A stretch of DNA of 64,000 nt from Antedon mediterranea (Eukaryota > Animalia > Echinodermata): positions 16,659,881 through 16,723,880 of the forward strand of contig NC_092678.1 of NCBI RefSeq assembly GCF_964355755.1, read 5' to 3'. Position numbers and translations under genes: made by a program. Shown piece after piece: positions 1 to 14,400 of the stretch (positions are counted from its first letter, which is position 1; the number at the start of each line of letters is the position of its first letter). The notes under the pieces were generated by a model. The model did not search any database. It saw only the letters and a list, made by a program, of their open reading frames with translations, and was not told the DNA's origin.

Positions 1-1086
1 ACAAAAGAATAAATACTAGGGCCTACATGCAAGTCAGGATACATCAAAGCATGAACCAATACAAATTCACCCCTCTTTTTATACAGTATATGCTCTCTGT
101 GTGTTTTTGACACAAACTTTCAGAGACTCGTTCATCATTTCATTTGTAATAATTTGCCTTTATTATTTAAATATTGTTCATACCCTTTTCAGTATATTAA
201 CAAATATATCCACGACACTTTATTATTTTATTTAGTCATCAAAGCATGCATTATGAATTGAAAACATTACATAATTGTTATTAATGGGACGTAGTTATGG
301 GATGTTTTGTTCCAAAATCAATCAATCGAACGTTATAATGTACTAGCGTACGCGCGCGCAATATTCTTTGGCGCAAGTGGTTCTGTACGCTGTGCACGTC
401 GATATTCCACCGTAAAATGTGCAATTACATTTTTTTTGATATAAGAAAAAGTTTAAAGTAATTTCTTGCTCCTATACTTTACATGCATTAACGGAGACAA
501 GTTTGACACAAATTGATCTGCATATCACGTGACTTAAATCCAATGTCGTAACTCTTTATATATATTATGGCTCTGCTCATGGATATTGTAATGCGCCCTC
601 TAGTGTATAGTATAATGCGCGGTTTGAAAACTGAGGGCGTCCTACTTATTTACTCGCGGTTGCATGACTGAAACAGTTGTGATAACGACAAAAAAAAGAA
701 AATGAAATGAAACGTTCACAATTTATGAATTATTTTTTAATCATAAGGCTAAAAAATGATAGTTCAGCTAAAAAAAAATCTATATCAATATCCAATATGC
801 AACAACTAAGAAAAAGTGATTTGTTGTAATTTTGTTATGGACGTACACGTCACACCTAAAATTTACAAATTTTGCACAGCCAGAATTTGTAAATTTCTAG
901 GGAAAAATTATAATTATTATGCATTTCCTTTTTAAAAACATTAAAATAAATTGCCCTATCATGTTAGAAAAATATTTTTACATTATATGTTTGTAAATTG
1001 AATTTGTAGCAAAATTCAGAAAAAAAATCTAAAAAAAAAACATTTTTTACATGTACATCATATTGTTGCTGTGTGCATTCACTCTA

Positions 1087-1540
1087 GGGCCATTTTTTAG
1101 CACATGTATCTTTAAAACTATTGATTTTGTTACTTCATTGATTGAAAAAATGGATTCAGGATCAAAAGGTTTGCTAGGATAACAAGTTGTGGTGTGTTCT
1201 AGGGGTTTCAGTATAAAACTTATGTCCATTTAAATATCGCGATTGGAGCAATATGTGCACATTAATTATGCACTTGAGCCATTTTTGACCATGTATATCT
1301 CTTAAACTATTCATTTTGTTACTGTGAATGTTGCAGAAATGGATTCAGGATCAAAAGTTTTGCTAGGATAACAAGTTGTGATGTTCTAGGGGTTTCAGTA
1401 TAAAACTTTATGTCCATTTAAATGTCGCGATTGTAGCAATATGTGCACACTAATTATGCACTTGAGCCATTTTTGACCATGTGTATCTCTTGAACTATTC
1501 ATTTTCTTGCTTTGAATGTTGCAGAAATGGATTCAGATTA
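1087..1540. repeat. ~187-bp tandem repeat, about 2.5 copies, probably inside a larger DNA-transposon-derived repeat
   Basis: The block gccattttt...catgt...ctatt.attttgttact...atggattcagga recurs at ~1089, ~1278 and ~1465. Confidence 0.75.
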
Positions 1541-3014
1541 AAAAATTGTCTAAAATTGAATGAATTGAAAGCACTCAGAGATAAAATGCTGAAATTATGA
1601 TCTTCCGAAAATTGACGATAGCATGTTTTACATGGAAATTGCTATAAATATACACAAAATGGCCTAATTTAATAGTCATATTTGGACATGAAGGAATAAA
1701 GACACCAAACTGGTAATTAGAACATAGCTGAATCATGTATTGATAAACTTACAATGATGAGTTTCAACTTTGGGAATAATTGCCCACAAGGTCAAAGTTC
1801 AAAACGAAAAAGTAATGATTTTTCGTATTTTGTGTCCCGAGTGACTTTTTGACGCACAGTTTACCCATAAGATGCATTTTAAAAATGATGAACTTTTTTG
1901 TATGGATACATTAACACCATATGTTAATAATGTATAGGAAAAAATCAATTTAAAAATGTATTTTCATATTTAAATATGGGGTAAAAATTGCTGAAGCTGT
2001 TCGCGACAAAATAAATTGGGGTCTCTAGGGACCAATATCTCGAAAATGAATTGAGATACAGCATTTTTTTTTTCATATTTTCAATCTATGACCAAAATTA
2101 TGTCAGTGTATCAATATTCAGCTTTAATAGCTTTAATAATTTTTAAAATATGGCTAATTAAAAATGCAACTTTACAAAAAGGTAATTTATTAAGACAAAA
2201 AATTCTACAGACGACACATTTTCAAATGGCGATAACTTTTAAACGACTTGGAGTTGGCAACTGAAATTGTTGGTGTGTTCGTGAGACATATAGTTGCATA
2301 TTATATGTGAGTTTCAAGGAAATCTGAGGTGGTACCCAGCAATCCCATTTGTTGAGTTGTTGGAATGAAATGACCCTAGTAGAAAATCACATTGATGGGT
2401 GGAACTATATTGGAGGTGACTGTGTAATCTGTTTAATAGACCAATCAGAATACGTTTAGCTTTTGTCTGTTTTTTTTTTTATAAGAAGTGGAATATCCTG
2501 TATGAGATGTTTTTTGTTTGAATGAAATGCTTTTCTGAAGTTGACACACACTTTGTATTATTGTAGTGTTTTAATAGAAAAATTAAGCTTGTTTTATGAC
2601 ATTTTGTTTTGTCAAAATAGTTTTGCGCAGAAAAAAAGAAATCTCGCATTTTCGCACAATTTTCAATTACAGTATCAGGCGTTTCCACAGCTGCCGTATA
2701 TGGCAGTTAGCGGAATCCAAGTTACAAGAAATCGCGTTTGTAGTGATAAATTGTCGATAATTTTTTTTGTTTAATAATGGCTATGGTGCCTTCCAAGTTG
2801 GCCTTGCTGGCCCTAATTTAATGAAAAACTGGATGCTAACTGGCCTTGCCCCTAAAATCCCCAAATTCGGGGCCTGCAACACAATAACCTGCTTTCATTT
2901 GATAAATTAATATATTGCATACTTTTGTAAGAAATCTTCGCTTGTAATATGTTATTTTCAAATAATGACACAGATATTGTGATTTTTTTTTCATTAACAT
3001 AATAATTGTAAAAA

Positions 3015-4346
3015 CTAGATGGTACGCGAGCGAAGCGAGCGTACCATCTAGGTCGTACCCACAGATGGTTCTCGAATACACAGTAATTTCAGCGTAACAA
3101 AACTGGCAATTTCAAGTGTACGTACCACAGGACTATAATACATTGTCGTTTACAGAAACGAATAAATAGAACACAATGATTTATGTAGTCAACTAAAATT
3201 AGCACCCTGGGAATTACTTCCGAAGTAGAAACTTTTCACAAAATGAGTCCAAATGTTTGATTTGGACTCATTTAAAGAAACCCAATTTGTGTTTTGTATG
3301 TAACATTAGGGTTGAGGGATGGGAAAGCGGATAGGTTCAAAGAAGAACAATTTTTAAATATATTCTTTATCCACTCAGTAACGAAATATTTCTTTCATGT
3401 TTTATAGGCCTATAAATATATAGGCCTACATCTAAATACAGTAAAACATTTGCGATTTAATACTTTGTTAAAACTGTCACTGTCATAATTAATCGATTGA
3501 AATATTAAAGTACATGTCACGATACACCACTACGACGTTTATATTATTGGTAATTATTAATTAATACAAACGTTGAGAAGGAACTGTCAGTATAAAGTTT
3601 ATTTGTATATAATAATGTGTTTATATATCTAACAGTAGAGCCTATCCACAATCTCAGTAATAAAGTTTATTTGTATATATTTTTATATTACATCTAACAG
3701 TACGAACATTCACAGTAGGAAATGTTCGATTCAAATGAGGAGCAACAATAGTTAATAGGTATTTACAGTTGTCAAAGTATTGCAAGTCTATTCTCAAAGG
3801 GCCCATATATTTACCTACCGTATGTGTTAAACGAAGGGCTCATCAATTTACCTACTTGTGTTAAACTCTGGCAGACTGAGAGATTGGGATGTTCCATTCT
3901 TCGCAAATCAATACATTTGTAGAATTCTATATTAAATCTATCAAAATAGTATTTTTTTTTTAAATCGGCCTGTCTTCAACAATATGATGCTGTACTCTAG
4001 CTATTCAACCGGTTTTCAGCTATTAAAAACAATTATCGTAGGAGGAGATAGGAAAATGCAAAGCCTCCTCGCATTTTTGTGGCGGGTATTTTTCAAGATG
4101 GACATCCATTAGACAGTGTATACCACGATCGGAAAACACCCCTCTTTGGGGCAAATCGTTGAACCTAAATTCGTTTTAATCGTCAATAACTAATTATCTA
4201 ACTTAATTTAATTAGTAAACAGGGTTACATCAGGTGGTTCAAATCAGTACCGAAAGTACGAACCAACTTTATATACCATTGAGTACAAATTCTAAAAGTA
4301 AGGCGCGATTTACCGAATTTTGCCCTTACGTAAATTTATATATAGA
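3015..4346 (-). mobile_element. Non-autonomous Helitron
   Basis: The minus strand begins TC(TATATATAAA) and ends with hairpin GATGGTACGC-n11-GCGTACCATC followed by TAG (CTAG terminus). It sits between A and T with no TSD. The paralogous empty site gtaaaaa|taaagggaatc is at 11604/11605, and a second copy is at 48929-49946. Confidence 0.9.
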
Positions 4347-6211
4347 TAAAGGGAATCTGATTTTTTTTCTTTTTGAATCACCTCACCTTTTCGCCTTAAT
4401 ACCAGAAGGAAGCATTGTTTGTCATCATCCAAAGATATCTTCCATTTCCTGAAACTGAAAGGTCATAATTAGTTTTAAGGAGCGCGTGCTTGATCGCGCT
4501 CCTCCTCGCTCCTTATTGACCTCTAAGGAGAGAATTAATTGTTCTCTTAAAATCGGCAATCAGCTTTTTGCCAAAATGGGAATTCCCTGTCTGCTTTCAA
4601 GCGCGGATTTACTTCCATTACCTCACAGTGTATCCAATGCGGTGTCATAGAAACACCTCTAGAGCAAGCAGAGCAAGTACCAACAACATGGTTTCTTTTA
4701 TTAAACAAAGCAATTTAGATAAAAAATATAATTAATAAAAACAATATTAATTGTAGCCCTAAATACATGCTTAATATTTGGAGAGAGATTCTTCTTCTTC
4801 TTCTCTGTCTTTATTTTGGAGATGACTTTTTTGTGATTTATTATCAATAAGACTATTGCTTGTTACTTTGTGAAATACAGGTAAATACATTTTTAGGCCC
4901 TAAGCTCCTAGCTAGTTAGGCTAAGCCTAGGCCTATAATAGTAGGCTAGCCCAGCAAGGTCAAGTAGACCTAATTGGCAAATGACTCCCAGCCAAGTTAG
5001 GACCTGATTTCTTTAAAAAAAAGTTGTATGACTGTAGTATGTCTCCCAACACAAGAAGAGCAATTTGGTTCTAATTTCACACGTGTCGATCAGTTAGTGT
5101 AAGATATTGTGCTTTCTTTAACAATCAGTTGAACAAATAATGTTGCATGTTGTTTTTTTTCCTTTTAAAATTACCTCACCTTTTCGCATTAAAACCAAAA
5201 GGAAGCAATTGGATTATAATTTATTAGAAAAATTGATCTTTACTTCTCAAAACTTCCTTAATGTAATGCATATTAAACAAGAACACATTGTTTTTTTTTG
5301 TGGTGAGGAAAACCAACAATATATTGCTTTACTGTAGTTATGCTTTTTTCTCTATTGCCCTGGTTTTGCATTATCCTCAAATACCGTATTTTATCCACAA
5401 ATTAGGTGGGGAAAAATTATGCAAGTTTGGTGTAATGTTTATATGCATCTCATGCATGTTAATGTTCAAATCTTGCTGATGATAAATCTTTTTTTTTTTT
5501 TTGGTTCTACATTCTCTTTTTGTGGAATTTTATACTGAATTTTGAGTACCGCTGTTTCTGCTAGAAGTACTATCTTGGGTGGTCATGTTAAAATTTATCT
5601 TTTTTAACCAGCCCGCCTTTCGATCCCCTAAAATGGGGAAAAGTTATTCCTTCCTTGCCGGAATTAGAATTAGTTTTAGAATTTGTTGTCTTTGGCGATG
5701 TTGTAGCCTCTACTTTCACAGTCTCTTTTTGTTTTTATATTGACTTGTTTCAACGACAAGTCCGCATACCCCATACTTTCCTTTAATTTTTGCTAAATTT
5801 CCTTTCTAAATCTGGCTGTCCTGTTTGTTCCTTTTTAATTTTTCCGAAATGTCTGTTTCCCCAACAGATTATTTGCAAATGCTGTGATTTTGTTCCTTAC
5901 TTTCATTCACTATAGGCTATCCATGTGTAAATACTTACAGAAAATCAAAATATACGGTATCAAAACATGCTGCTATGCCGGGATGAACCCAGTCATTTTC
6001 GGAGTCGTCCTCAAAACTTTTTCATAAATGCACTTTTTAAGAATAACAGACTGAATTTTTAAAAGTAGGTGGTCTATGTTTTATTTATGTTCATTTGATA
6101 TTAAGAAAAACATTTTGTAAATTCTCACACTTGGCAGGCTATTGTAAAGTACTGTAGTTAGAAAATCACTTTGGTGGGTGGAACTATTTACTGGAGGTGT
6201 AATCTGTTTAT

Positions 6212-6275
6212 AGACCAATCAGAATGTAGGATTACATTGGCTTAAAGTCTGATTGGTTATAAAAGGTGATATTGG
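6212..6275 (+). promoter_or_regulatory. Candidate CCAAT/TATA promoter upstream of the Ig gene
   Basis: CCAAT at ~6215, ATTGG at ~6236, ~6252 and ~6271, and TATAAAAG at 6258. The block is retained upstream of copies 2 and 3 (~14100-14160, ~22576-22640). No expression data. Confidence 0.4.
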
Positions 6276-6623
6276 TAGGAACATCATACAGTATGTGAGA
6301 TGATTTTTGTTTGAATAGCTGTTTTTAAGTGGACTACTATATTAAACTTTGTATTTTTAGTGTATTCGAACAATTTCATGAAAGGCTTTCCCTTCAGAAA
6401 GAAGTTATATTTTGAAGTTGAGCATTCCAGCACCAATTGAGGATAACAATTTACATTGTATGCCTACATTCTCTTGGCTAATTGTGTACTCTGAAATCAG
6501 AAGGTTCCTGATTTGAGGATTACTTACTATCCGTATCACACTTGTTGTAACCAAAGTTTGTCTAGTGGTGCTAATATTCTGTTTACTAATCATCTTAGTA
6601 CCCTAGGAAGATACTCAACAAGT

Positions 6624-7541
6624 ATGGAAACGTATAGATATCTATACCGTTTTCCGATGATTTTAATTCTTGTTGGCTTGGTTGTTGGTGTTAATTCTCA
6701 GTTTTTAATAGATCCACAATCTGCTGAAGTGACACAGGGTGCAGACCATGGGTTGGAATGTGTTGTCAACAGAACCTATCTTGCTGGTTATTATTTTGTT
6801 GCATGGACTAAAGATTCTGAGGTTTTCTCGGCACGTAACCAAATTGATAAGGTTGCTTTAGAAAATATAAATGGTGAAGACCCCGAAGATCGATACACAA
6901 TTACCAAAATTGACCAAGGTAACACAGGAACGTATAAATTGATTATTGATTCAGTAAAAGGTGTAGATTCTGGAAATTATCAATGTGTAATTTGTCAACA
7001 TCCGCCAACTTCATATGAGTGTACAGCCATTACAGATTTTAAATCTACTGTAGCAACATTGAATGTCTTGTATACCCCATCAGTCCCTGAATATCCAGAA
7101 TGTACTGGTTTGGACAGTTCTGCAACCGTGTCTGTTGGAACTCAAGTTGAGGTGACATGTGTGTCGGAAATTGGTGATCCAAAGGTTCAATTGCAATGGC
7201 ATAAGGATGGGGTACCGTTATCAAGTACAATAACTGAAAGAGAAGATAATAACAGACTTTATCTTATATACACTTTTACAGCAGAACTCTCTCATACTGG
7301 TATGGTTTTAAGCTGCTCTTCTACAAGCTCATATTTTACATCATACTCTGAATCGTGTCGCTTTAATGCGCTGAATGTTGTTGACATGCCAGTGGTGGCT
7401 GCTACTTCAGGAGCTGCAGAGGATGAAGAAGGATCGCAAACAACACCTGTATCAGAATATAGTAGTGATTCTTGTGCAGCGGCTATTAATAAATCTATAA
7501 AATGTTTGCAAATTTTTGGTAAATTTTTAGAGGGTAATTAA
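6624..7541 (+). CDS. Ig-superfamily protein copy 1: signal peptide + V-type Ig + second Ig domain, no TM segment (nephrin/Kirre/nectin-like, predicted secreted), 305 aa
   Basis: ATG 6624 follows a branch point and acceptor (tactaat...cttag). Hydrophobic signal MILILVGLVVGVNS; Ig motifs LECVV..VAWTK..DSGNYQC and VTCVS..LQWHKDG..LSC. The ORF is uninterrupted. Confidence 0.85.
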   Translation: METYRYLYRFPMILILVGLVVGVNSQFLIDPQSAEVTQGADHGLECVVNRTYLAGYYFVAWTKDSEVFSARNQIDKVALENINGEDPEDRYTITKIDQGNTGTYKLIIDSVKGVDSGNYQCVICQHPPTSYECTAITDFKSTVATLNVLYTPSVPEYPECTGLDSSATVSVGTQVEVTCVSEIGDPKVQLQWHKDGVPLSSTITEREDNNRLYLIYTFTAELSHTGMVLSCSSTSSYFTSYSESCRFNALNVVDMPVVAATSGAAEDEEGSQTTPVSEYSSDSCAAAINKSIKCLQIFGKFLEGN

Positions 7542-10131
7542 TTTTGTTTTTATAGTCTGTTTTGGATTGACCAATAGCAGACTGTGTTTGAAGATTCTGT
7601 TTGGCATTTCCTCACATTTTGTATCTGTTTTGTACACTAGAAATTTAGTTAAGTAAGCTACACTCTGAACTTATATATTATAAAATGTGAAGATATTTTT
7701 CCTTTTTTAAATTCAATAGAGAGTAGTGTGTTGTATCATCCTCAGACTTAAAATTGTATTGTCTTGAAAAAAAACAAGAAAAATGGAGATTAATAAAATT
7801 AGTCTTTGAATATGTCATTTTTTAATTTTAATCAAGTTAATCACTTTTGTAGAAAAAATAATAACAATTATGTTTTTACTTTATAAATAGACAAAATAAC
7901 AGTTAAATTCAATTAAAATCAATTGGCTGGCAGCCAATTTGACTATTTTTGCCTAAATTACAGGGTTTTTTTTCAGATAAATAAAATAAAATCAAATAAA
8001 TGTTTTTTCGTGATCCAATTTTTGGTCAAAGTAATAACTATTATGTGACAATAAATTGAATATTAAAAAATATATATAAACAATAAAACAATCTTAAGCA
8101 AAAAAACCATATATATATATAATCTATACTGTACTTTTATATTCTTTTCATACTTTTTTATATTGCATAATTTTGTAAGAAATTTAACATGTAATTTGGT
8201 AAAAATGACATAACTAAACAAATATATTGTGTTTTTTTTCTTTAACTTCAATTGTAAAAATTAAGGAATATGTGATTTTTTGTTTGTTTACCTTTTAAAA
8301 TTACCTCACCTTTCTCCTTAATACCAGAAGGAAGCAATTGCACTTGATTTTTTAGAAAAACTGATGTTTACTTCTCAAAACTTTCTTAATAAATGTACGC
8401 ATATAACAAGAAAACATTGCGGTTTTTATGATAGGAAAATTACAAACAATAGTTATTACTGTATGTATGTTGAAGTTCTTTTTTCTCTATCAAAGATTTA
8501 CATTTAATATCTTTTGACACTCCCTTTTGTTGTACTGTATGTCACTGATGAATATAAGAATATCAATAAATATTATTATAGTTCAATTATGGTCTATCTG
8601 AGTTGCAATTGCAGTCTATACGGCTTTTTCTCGAAACGGAAGACATCCTTACCATCGATGATGAACAATGTTGTGCAAGGAAGAAAATAGAACAGAAATA
8701 ACATTTTCAGGGGATTTCAGGACACCATGTTAGTTAAAACATCTACTGTAAAATGTCCTTAAAAGATTGACTTACTTTCTGAATTATTAAAAAAGAATGA
8801 GAACATTTTTTAGATCACCTAAAATTCAACGTAAAGAAGACAAAGTGTTTAAGCATAGACACACTCTCCATTTGTGACAGCACCGTTTTATCACAGTGCA
8901 TTAATAATCGTGCTCTTCAAATCAGCAATCAGCGTCGCTAAAATGGGAATTCCCCTGCCTGCTTTCAAGCGCGAATTTTCCTCCATTACCTCACAGTGTA
9001 TCCAATGCGGTGTCATAGAAACACTGTGCTCGCACTGGCCGATCGCCAAGTCGCCATGGGCGAAAACGTTTCTAGATTTGCGAAAAATAAAACGGCTACT
9101 TTAGCCATTTTGGCCAATGACTCCCAGCCAACTGATATCTTAAAAAACAACTTGTATGACTAGCATGCAAAGCAAGCAAAATGCTCTCCTCGAAAACACA
9201 AGGAGAGCAATTTATTACAATGATTCATTCTCAAACATATCAACAGTGCTGTACTGTATATCAGAGTTATATCTTGGTTGACAAATCTTGAGGTATAAGG
9301 GAGTTAACTGATCACATAAAGCTCTTGGAGAAAAATCAGTTGTAATATGTCTGACCAGGTGTACAGTAATTATTCCATTTAGTAAGGCTTTTTTGGCAAA
9401 TTATTTCAAACAACAATCAGACAAACGTTATAGAGATGCGTTTGGCAGACCGTTTGATGGAACAGTGTTTGGATGCCTTTATTCATGTTTGGCATGTTGC
9501 CCCCCCCCCCCTACTCTCCCCCATTGAACATTTGACTGAGCAGCATATTGTTTTTCCTTTTGTACGATTCCTTCATTGAGTAATTAAGGACTTTACGAAA
9601 CACGATGGTTAGGGGAGGACGACGAATATCCTGTGTTTGCTAGAGCATAAAATCATATACAGGCAACATAGCCGCTTTATTAGTTATGCACCGTTTCCCA
9701 AAGACGACGACCAGCAGTCTCTCCCTCCCCTCTCATAACATAAGTATCCGATATAATAAACTGCAGAGTGTATTCGTGTGCCCGAAAAAAAATAGTTTAA
9801 AGGGCAGCAATGCTGTTGTGTGGAAACGCCAAAACTGAGAGCGAAATACTGTACACCATGGTATTATACACAGTACCTCTTCAAGCTCGAGCAAGCGGTA
9901 TTTCTAATTTGTGAACAACAATGTTGTGAAAACGCCCGATATTGAAGTTGAGCATGAAAATATGTGGTTTATTCTTGTCTTTCCTTCACCTACAGTATGT
10001 CTTGTAGCTCAAGCGCAAATCGGAAACAGAATGAAATGCATTAATGGTATTGTGAATGATTGTATGATTCTTTTGAAAATGAGAAAAAATATGGCTAAAC
10101 ACTACTTTTAAAATTGTTGTTTTTTTTTGTC

Positions 10132-10840
10132 TTTTTAGTCGCGTGGACGCGACTCTATAGTTCACTATGTCTGTCGGTCTGTCGGTCCGGTATCACTATG
10201 CGTTTTATCGCTTTCTGACCTTATCTTGATATCAGTTTAATCTATAGCTAAGTCAATTTTTCACAGTATATTCCTTATGGCCAGGAATCGATGTGGTTAT
10301 GTTTTCACGGTGCGCAATAAAAAATTACGCGGTCTACTCACGATTTAACGAAATCACGTTTGTAATCATATCTTCACAACCATGAATCACAATTAAATAA
10401 AATTTGGTACTCATAAATTTCAGGGCATAAATCATCATATGGCAATACAATTACGTGCGTAGCGCATATAACGCATGCGTACGCACGCTTAAAATTTTCC
10501 AAATTTATTTGCGATGAAATAAGAGTACGTTTCAGGCAATTTTAAGCGTTTACAAAATTGCCATGAGTGCGCAGATTTTTGCACGCGCACTGCGCGTCAA
10601 ATGTTATTGCGCACTCTTTTTGCCCGATTTCTGTTTTCTTGATTTTTCAACTCAAAATTACGTTATACGAGCACATCAAAAGTAACAGGCTACGCACGTG
10701 TAAATTAAAAAAATATAAATGTATTTAAACATTTCAACATTTTTAAACATGTTCAGTAATTTCAGTCAGTTGGTAGGTTGGTCGGTCGGTCGGTAAACAC
10801 TAATGAGCACGCGACTGCAGCCATCTATATGGCCTTGTTT
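10132..10840 (+). mobile_element. Helentron-associated (HINE/DINE-1-like) non-autonomous element
   Basis: Starts tttttagtcgcgtg, has (gtcg/gtct)n microsatellites, an inverted subterminal cacgcgact and a ggccttgttt end in T-rich flanks. A short internally deleted copy lies at 44883-45002 (-). Confidence 0.7.
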
Positions 10841-11469
10841 CTTGTTGGAAATATAAATCAATGTCTTTATTATTAACTAGAGATATTAATGCTGTCATAA
10901 AAAATATAATAAATATGAAGGTACGATTTAGTTATGCGTATAAGCCTGTTGTTTGGAATGAATGTCAAACACGAATTGATTCGTGTTAACATGAGTTGGC
11001 GTCAAGTAGCAAAATAGCCCTAGGGTAAACAAAGTGACGATGCTTCGTGATCAATTAGACCTACAGTATAGCATCATGTAGAATTTCGGTTATTTTTATA
11101 ATAAACGTTTTTTGAATTGTCGATTGGTCAAACTTAATATAATATAATAACGAAAATGTATAACCAAATCTGTAAATTTCATTTAACTTTAAAAAAAAAT
11201 CTATTTTTTTGATACATTTTTTTGGCTTCACAGTATTATGGCCGAGGTTTAGTAGTTATTCTACCGTAATGTCATGTTGTTTGCCGCAAAAGGGGTTTCC
11301 CCGATTTGTTTCCAAGAAGAGTCCAAGATAATAGAGAAGACAACATTTTTTGTGCAAAATTGATTCCCACTCACTAATTTCCCACCTGTCGATCAATTAG
11401 TGCGCATAGAATAAGATATTGTGCTCTCTTAAACAATCAATTGTACAATTAAAGGCATGTCATTTTTTT

Positions 11470-14400
11470 CACAATAACCTGCTTTCATTTCATAACTTTA
11501 TTATATTGCATACTTTTGTAAGAAATCTTCGCTTGTAATATGTTATTTTCAAATAATGACACAGATATTGTGATTTTTGTTGTCATTAACATTAATTGTA
11601 AAAATAAAGGGAATCTGATTTTTTTTCTTTTTAAATCACCTCACATTTTCGCCTTAATACCAAAAGGAAGCAATTGTATTACTTTATAAGAAAAACTGAT
11701 CTCTACTTCTCAAAACTTCCTTAGTGTAATGTATGAATGTAACAAGAAAACAGTGTGGTTTTTATGATAGGAAAACCAACAATAGATCGACTGTAGGCTT
11801 ACAAGTTCTTTGCTCTATTAAAGTTGATTTAAAAGAAAACAAGCAAGAAAACATTGTGGTTTTTATGATAGGAAAATTACCAACAATAGTTACTATATGT
11901 ATGTTTAAGTTCTTAACTTTTTACTCTATCAAAGTTTATGGGCGAATCCAAGGGGGTGGTCCACAGGTCCCCGCCCCCCTTAAATTTGAAAGGTGCCCTT
12001 TTTTAGATTCAATATTTTAATCGTGTGACATATTTGTTTTTATGTTAGTATACACAGACTAAGTAGGCTACATCAACGGCAAAAATGCCCTGATGTGCTA
12101 ACCTTTTACAGTAAACATTTTGTCCATAAGAATGTCCGTTAAGGAATTAGACATTTTTCAAGTAAACTTGTGCTTCAAAAATATCCATTTCTCGCTATGT
12201 TACTGTATTTCTGTTATCCTTTCCTGCACAGCATTGTTTGTCATCATCCAAAGATATCTTCCATTTCCTGAAACTGAAAGGTCATAATTAGTTTTAAGGA
12301 GCGCGTGCTTGATCGCGCTCCTCCTCGCTCCTTATTGACCTCTAAGGAGAGAATTAATTGTTCTCTTAAAATCGGCAATCAGCTTTTTGCCAAAATGGGA
12401 ATTCCCTGCCTGCTTTCAAGCGCGGATTTACTTCCATTACCTCACAGTGTATCCAATGCGGTGTCATAGAAACACCTCCTCTAGTGAATTTACATCCATT
12501 AGCTCACAGTGTATCCAATGCGGTGTCATAGAAACACCTCCTCTAGAGCAAGCAGAACAAGTACCAACAACATGGTTTCTTTTATTAAACAAAGCAATTT
12601 AGATAAAAAATATAATTAATAAAAACAATATTTAATTGTAGCCCTAAATACATGCTTAATATTTGGAGAGAGATTCTTCTTCTTCTTCTCTGTCTTTATT
12701 TTGGAGATGACTTTTTTGTGATTTATTATCAATAAGACTATTGCTTGTTACTTTGTGAAATACAGGTAAATACATTTTTAGGCCCTAAGCTCCTAGCTAG
12801 TTAGGCTAAGCCTAGGCCTATAATAGTAGGCTAGCCCAGCAAGGTCAAGTAGACCTAATTGGCCAATGACTCCCAGCCAAGTTAGGACCTGATTTCTTTA
12901 AAAAAAAGTTGTATGACTGTAGTATGTCTCCCAACACAAGAAGAGCAATTTGGTTCTTATTTCACACGTGTCGATCAGTTAGTGTAAGATATTGTGCTTT
13001 CTTTAACAATCAGTTGAACAAATAATGTTGCATGTTGTTTTTTTTCCTTTTAAAATTACCTCACCTTTTCGCATTAAAACCAAAAGGAAGCAATTGGATT
13101 ATAATTTATTAGAAAAATTGATCTTTACTTCTCAAAACTTCCTTAATGTAATGCATATTAAACAAGAACACATTGTTTTTTTTTGTGGTGGGGAAAACCA
13201 ACAATATATTGCTTTACTGTAGTTATGCTTTTTTCTCTATTGCCCTGGTTTTGCATTATCCTCAAATACCGTATTTTATCCACAAATTAGGTGGGGAAAA
13301 ATTATGCAAGTTTGGTGTAATGTTTATATGCATCTCATGCATGTTAATGTTCAAATCTTGCTGATGATAAATCTTTTTTTTTTTTTGGTTCTACATTCTC
13401 TTTTTGTGGAATTTTATACTGAATTTTGAGTACCGCTGTTTCTGCTAGAAGTTGTAGTTGTTGGGTGGTCATGTTAAAATTTATCTTTTTTAACCAGCCC
13501 GCCTTTCGATCCCCTAAAATGGGGAAAAGTTATTCCTTCCTTGCCGGAATTAGAATTAGTTTTAGAATTTGTTGTCTTTGGCGATGTTGTAGCCTCTACT
13601 TTCACAGTCTCTTTTTGTTTTTATATTGACTTGTTTCAACGACAAGTCCGCATACCCCATACTTTCCTTTAATTTTGCTAAATTTCCTTTCTAAATCTGG
13701 CTGTCCTGTTTGTTCCTTTTTAATTTTTCCGAAATGTCTGTTTCCCCAACAGATTATTTGCAAATGCTGTGATGTTGTTCCTTACTTTCATTCACTTTAG
13801 GCTATCCATGTGTAAATACTTACAGAAAATCAAAATATACGGTATCAAAACATGCTGCTATGCCGGGATGAACCCAGTCATTTTCGGAGTCGTCCTCAAA
13901 ACTTTTTCATAAATGCACTTTTTAAGAATAACAGACTGAATTTTTAAAAGTAGGTGGTCTATGTTTTATTTATGTTCATTTGATATTAAGAAAAACATTT
14001 TGTAAATTCTCACACTTGGCAGGCTATTGTAAAGTACTGTAGTTAGAAAATCACTTTGGTGGGTGGAACTATTTACTGGAGGTGTAATCTGTTTATAGAC
14101 CAATAAGAATGTAGGATTACATTGGCTTAAAGTCTGATTGGTTATAAAAGGTGATATTGGTAGGAACATCATACAGTATGTGAGATGATTTTTGTTTGAA
14201 TAGCTGTTTTTAAGTGGACTACTATATTAAACTTTGTATTTTTAGTGTATTCGAACAATTTCATGAAAGGCTTTCCCTTCAGAAAGAAGTTATATTTGAA
14301 GTTGAGCATTCCAGCACCAATTGAGGATAACAATTTACATTGTATGCCTACATTCTCTTGGCTAATTGTGTACTCTGAAATCAGAAGGTTCCTGATTTGA

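Larger units (their letters stand above)
2879..11460 (+). repeat. Segmental duplication unit 1 of the Ig-gene cluster
   Basis: 2879-3014 matches 11470-11604. 4411-~8930 is near-identical to 12230-~16820, with further matches at 9300-9730 vs 16825-17145 and 11252-11460 vs 17479-17685. Confidence 0.85.

Noticed and set aside
5140-5479. Short ORFs conserved between duplication units (also 13025-13364, 19599-19871, 21820-22092)
   Set aside because: Their identity is explained by recent duplication; they are low-complexity AT-rich translations with no domain signal.
6513-6623. N-terminal extension of the Ig ORF given in the ORF track (also 14397-14507)
   Set aside because: It starts at a non-ATG codon, overlaps an intron acceptor region and is absent in copy 3; the signal peptide follows ATG 6624.
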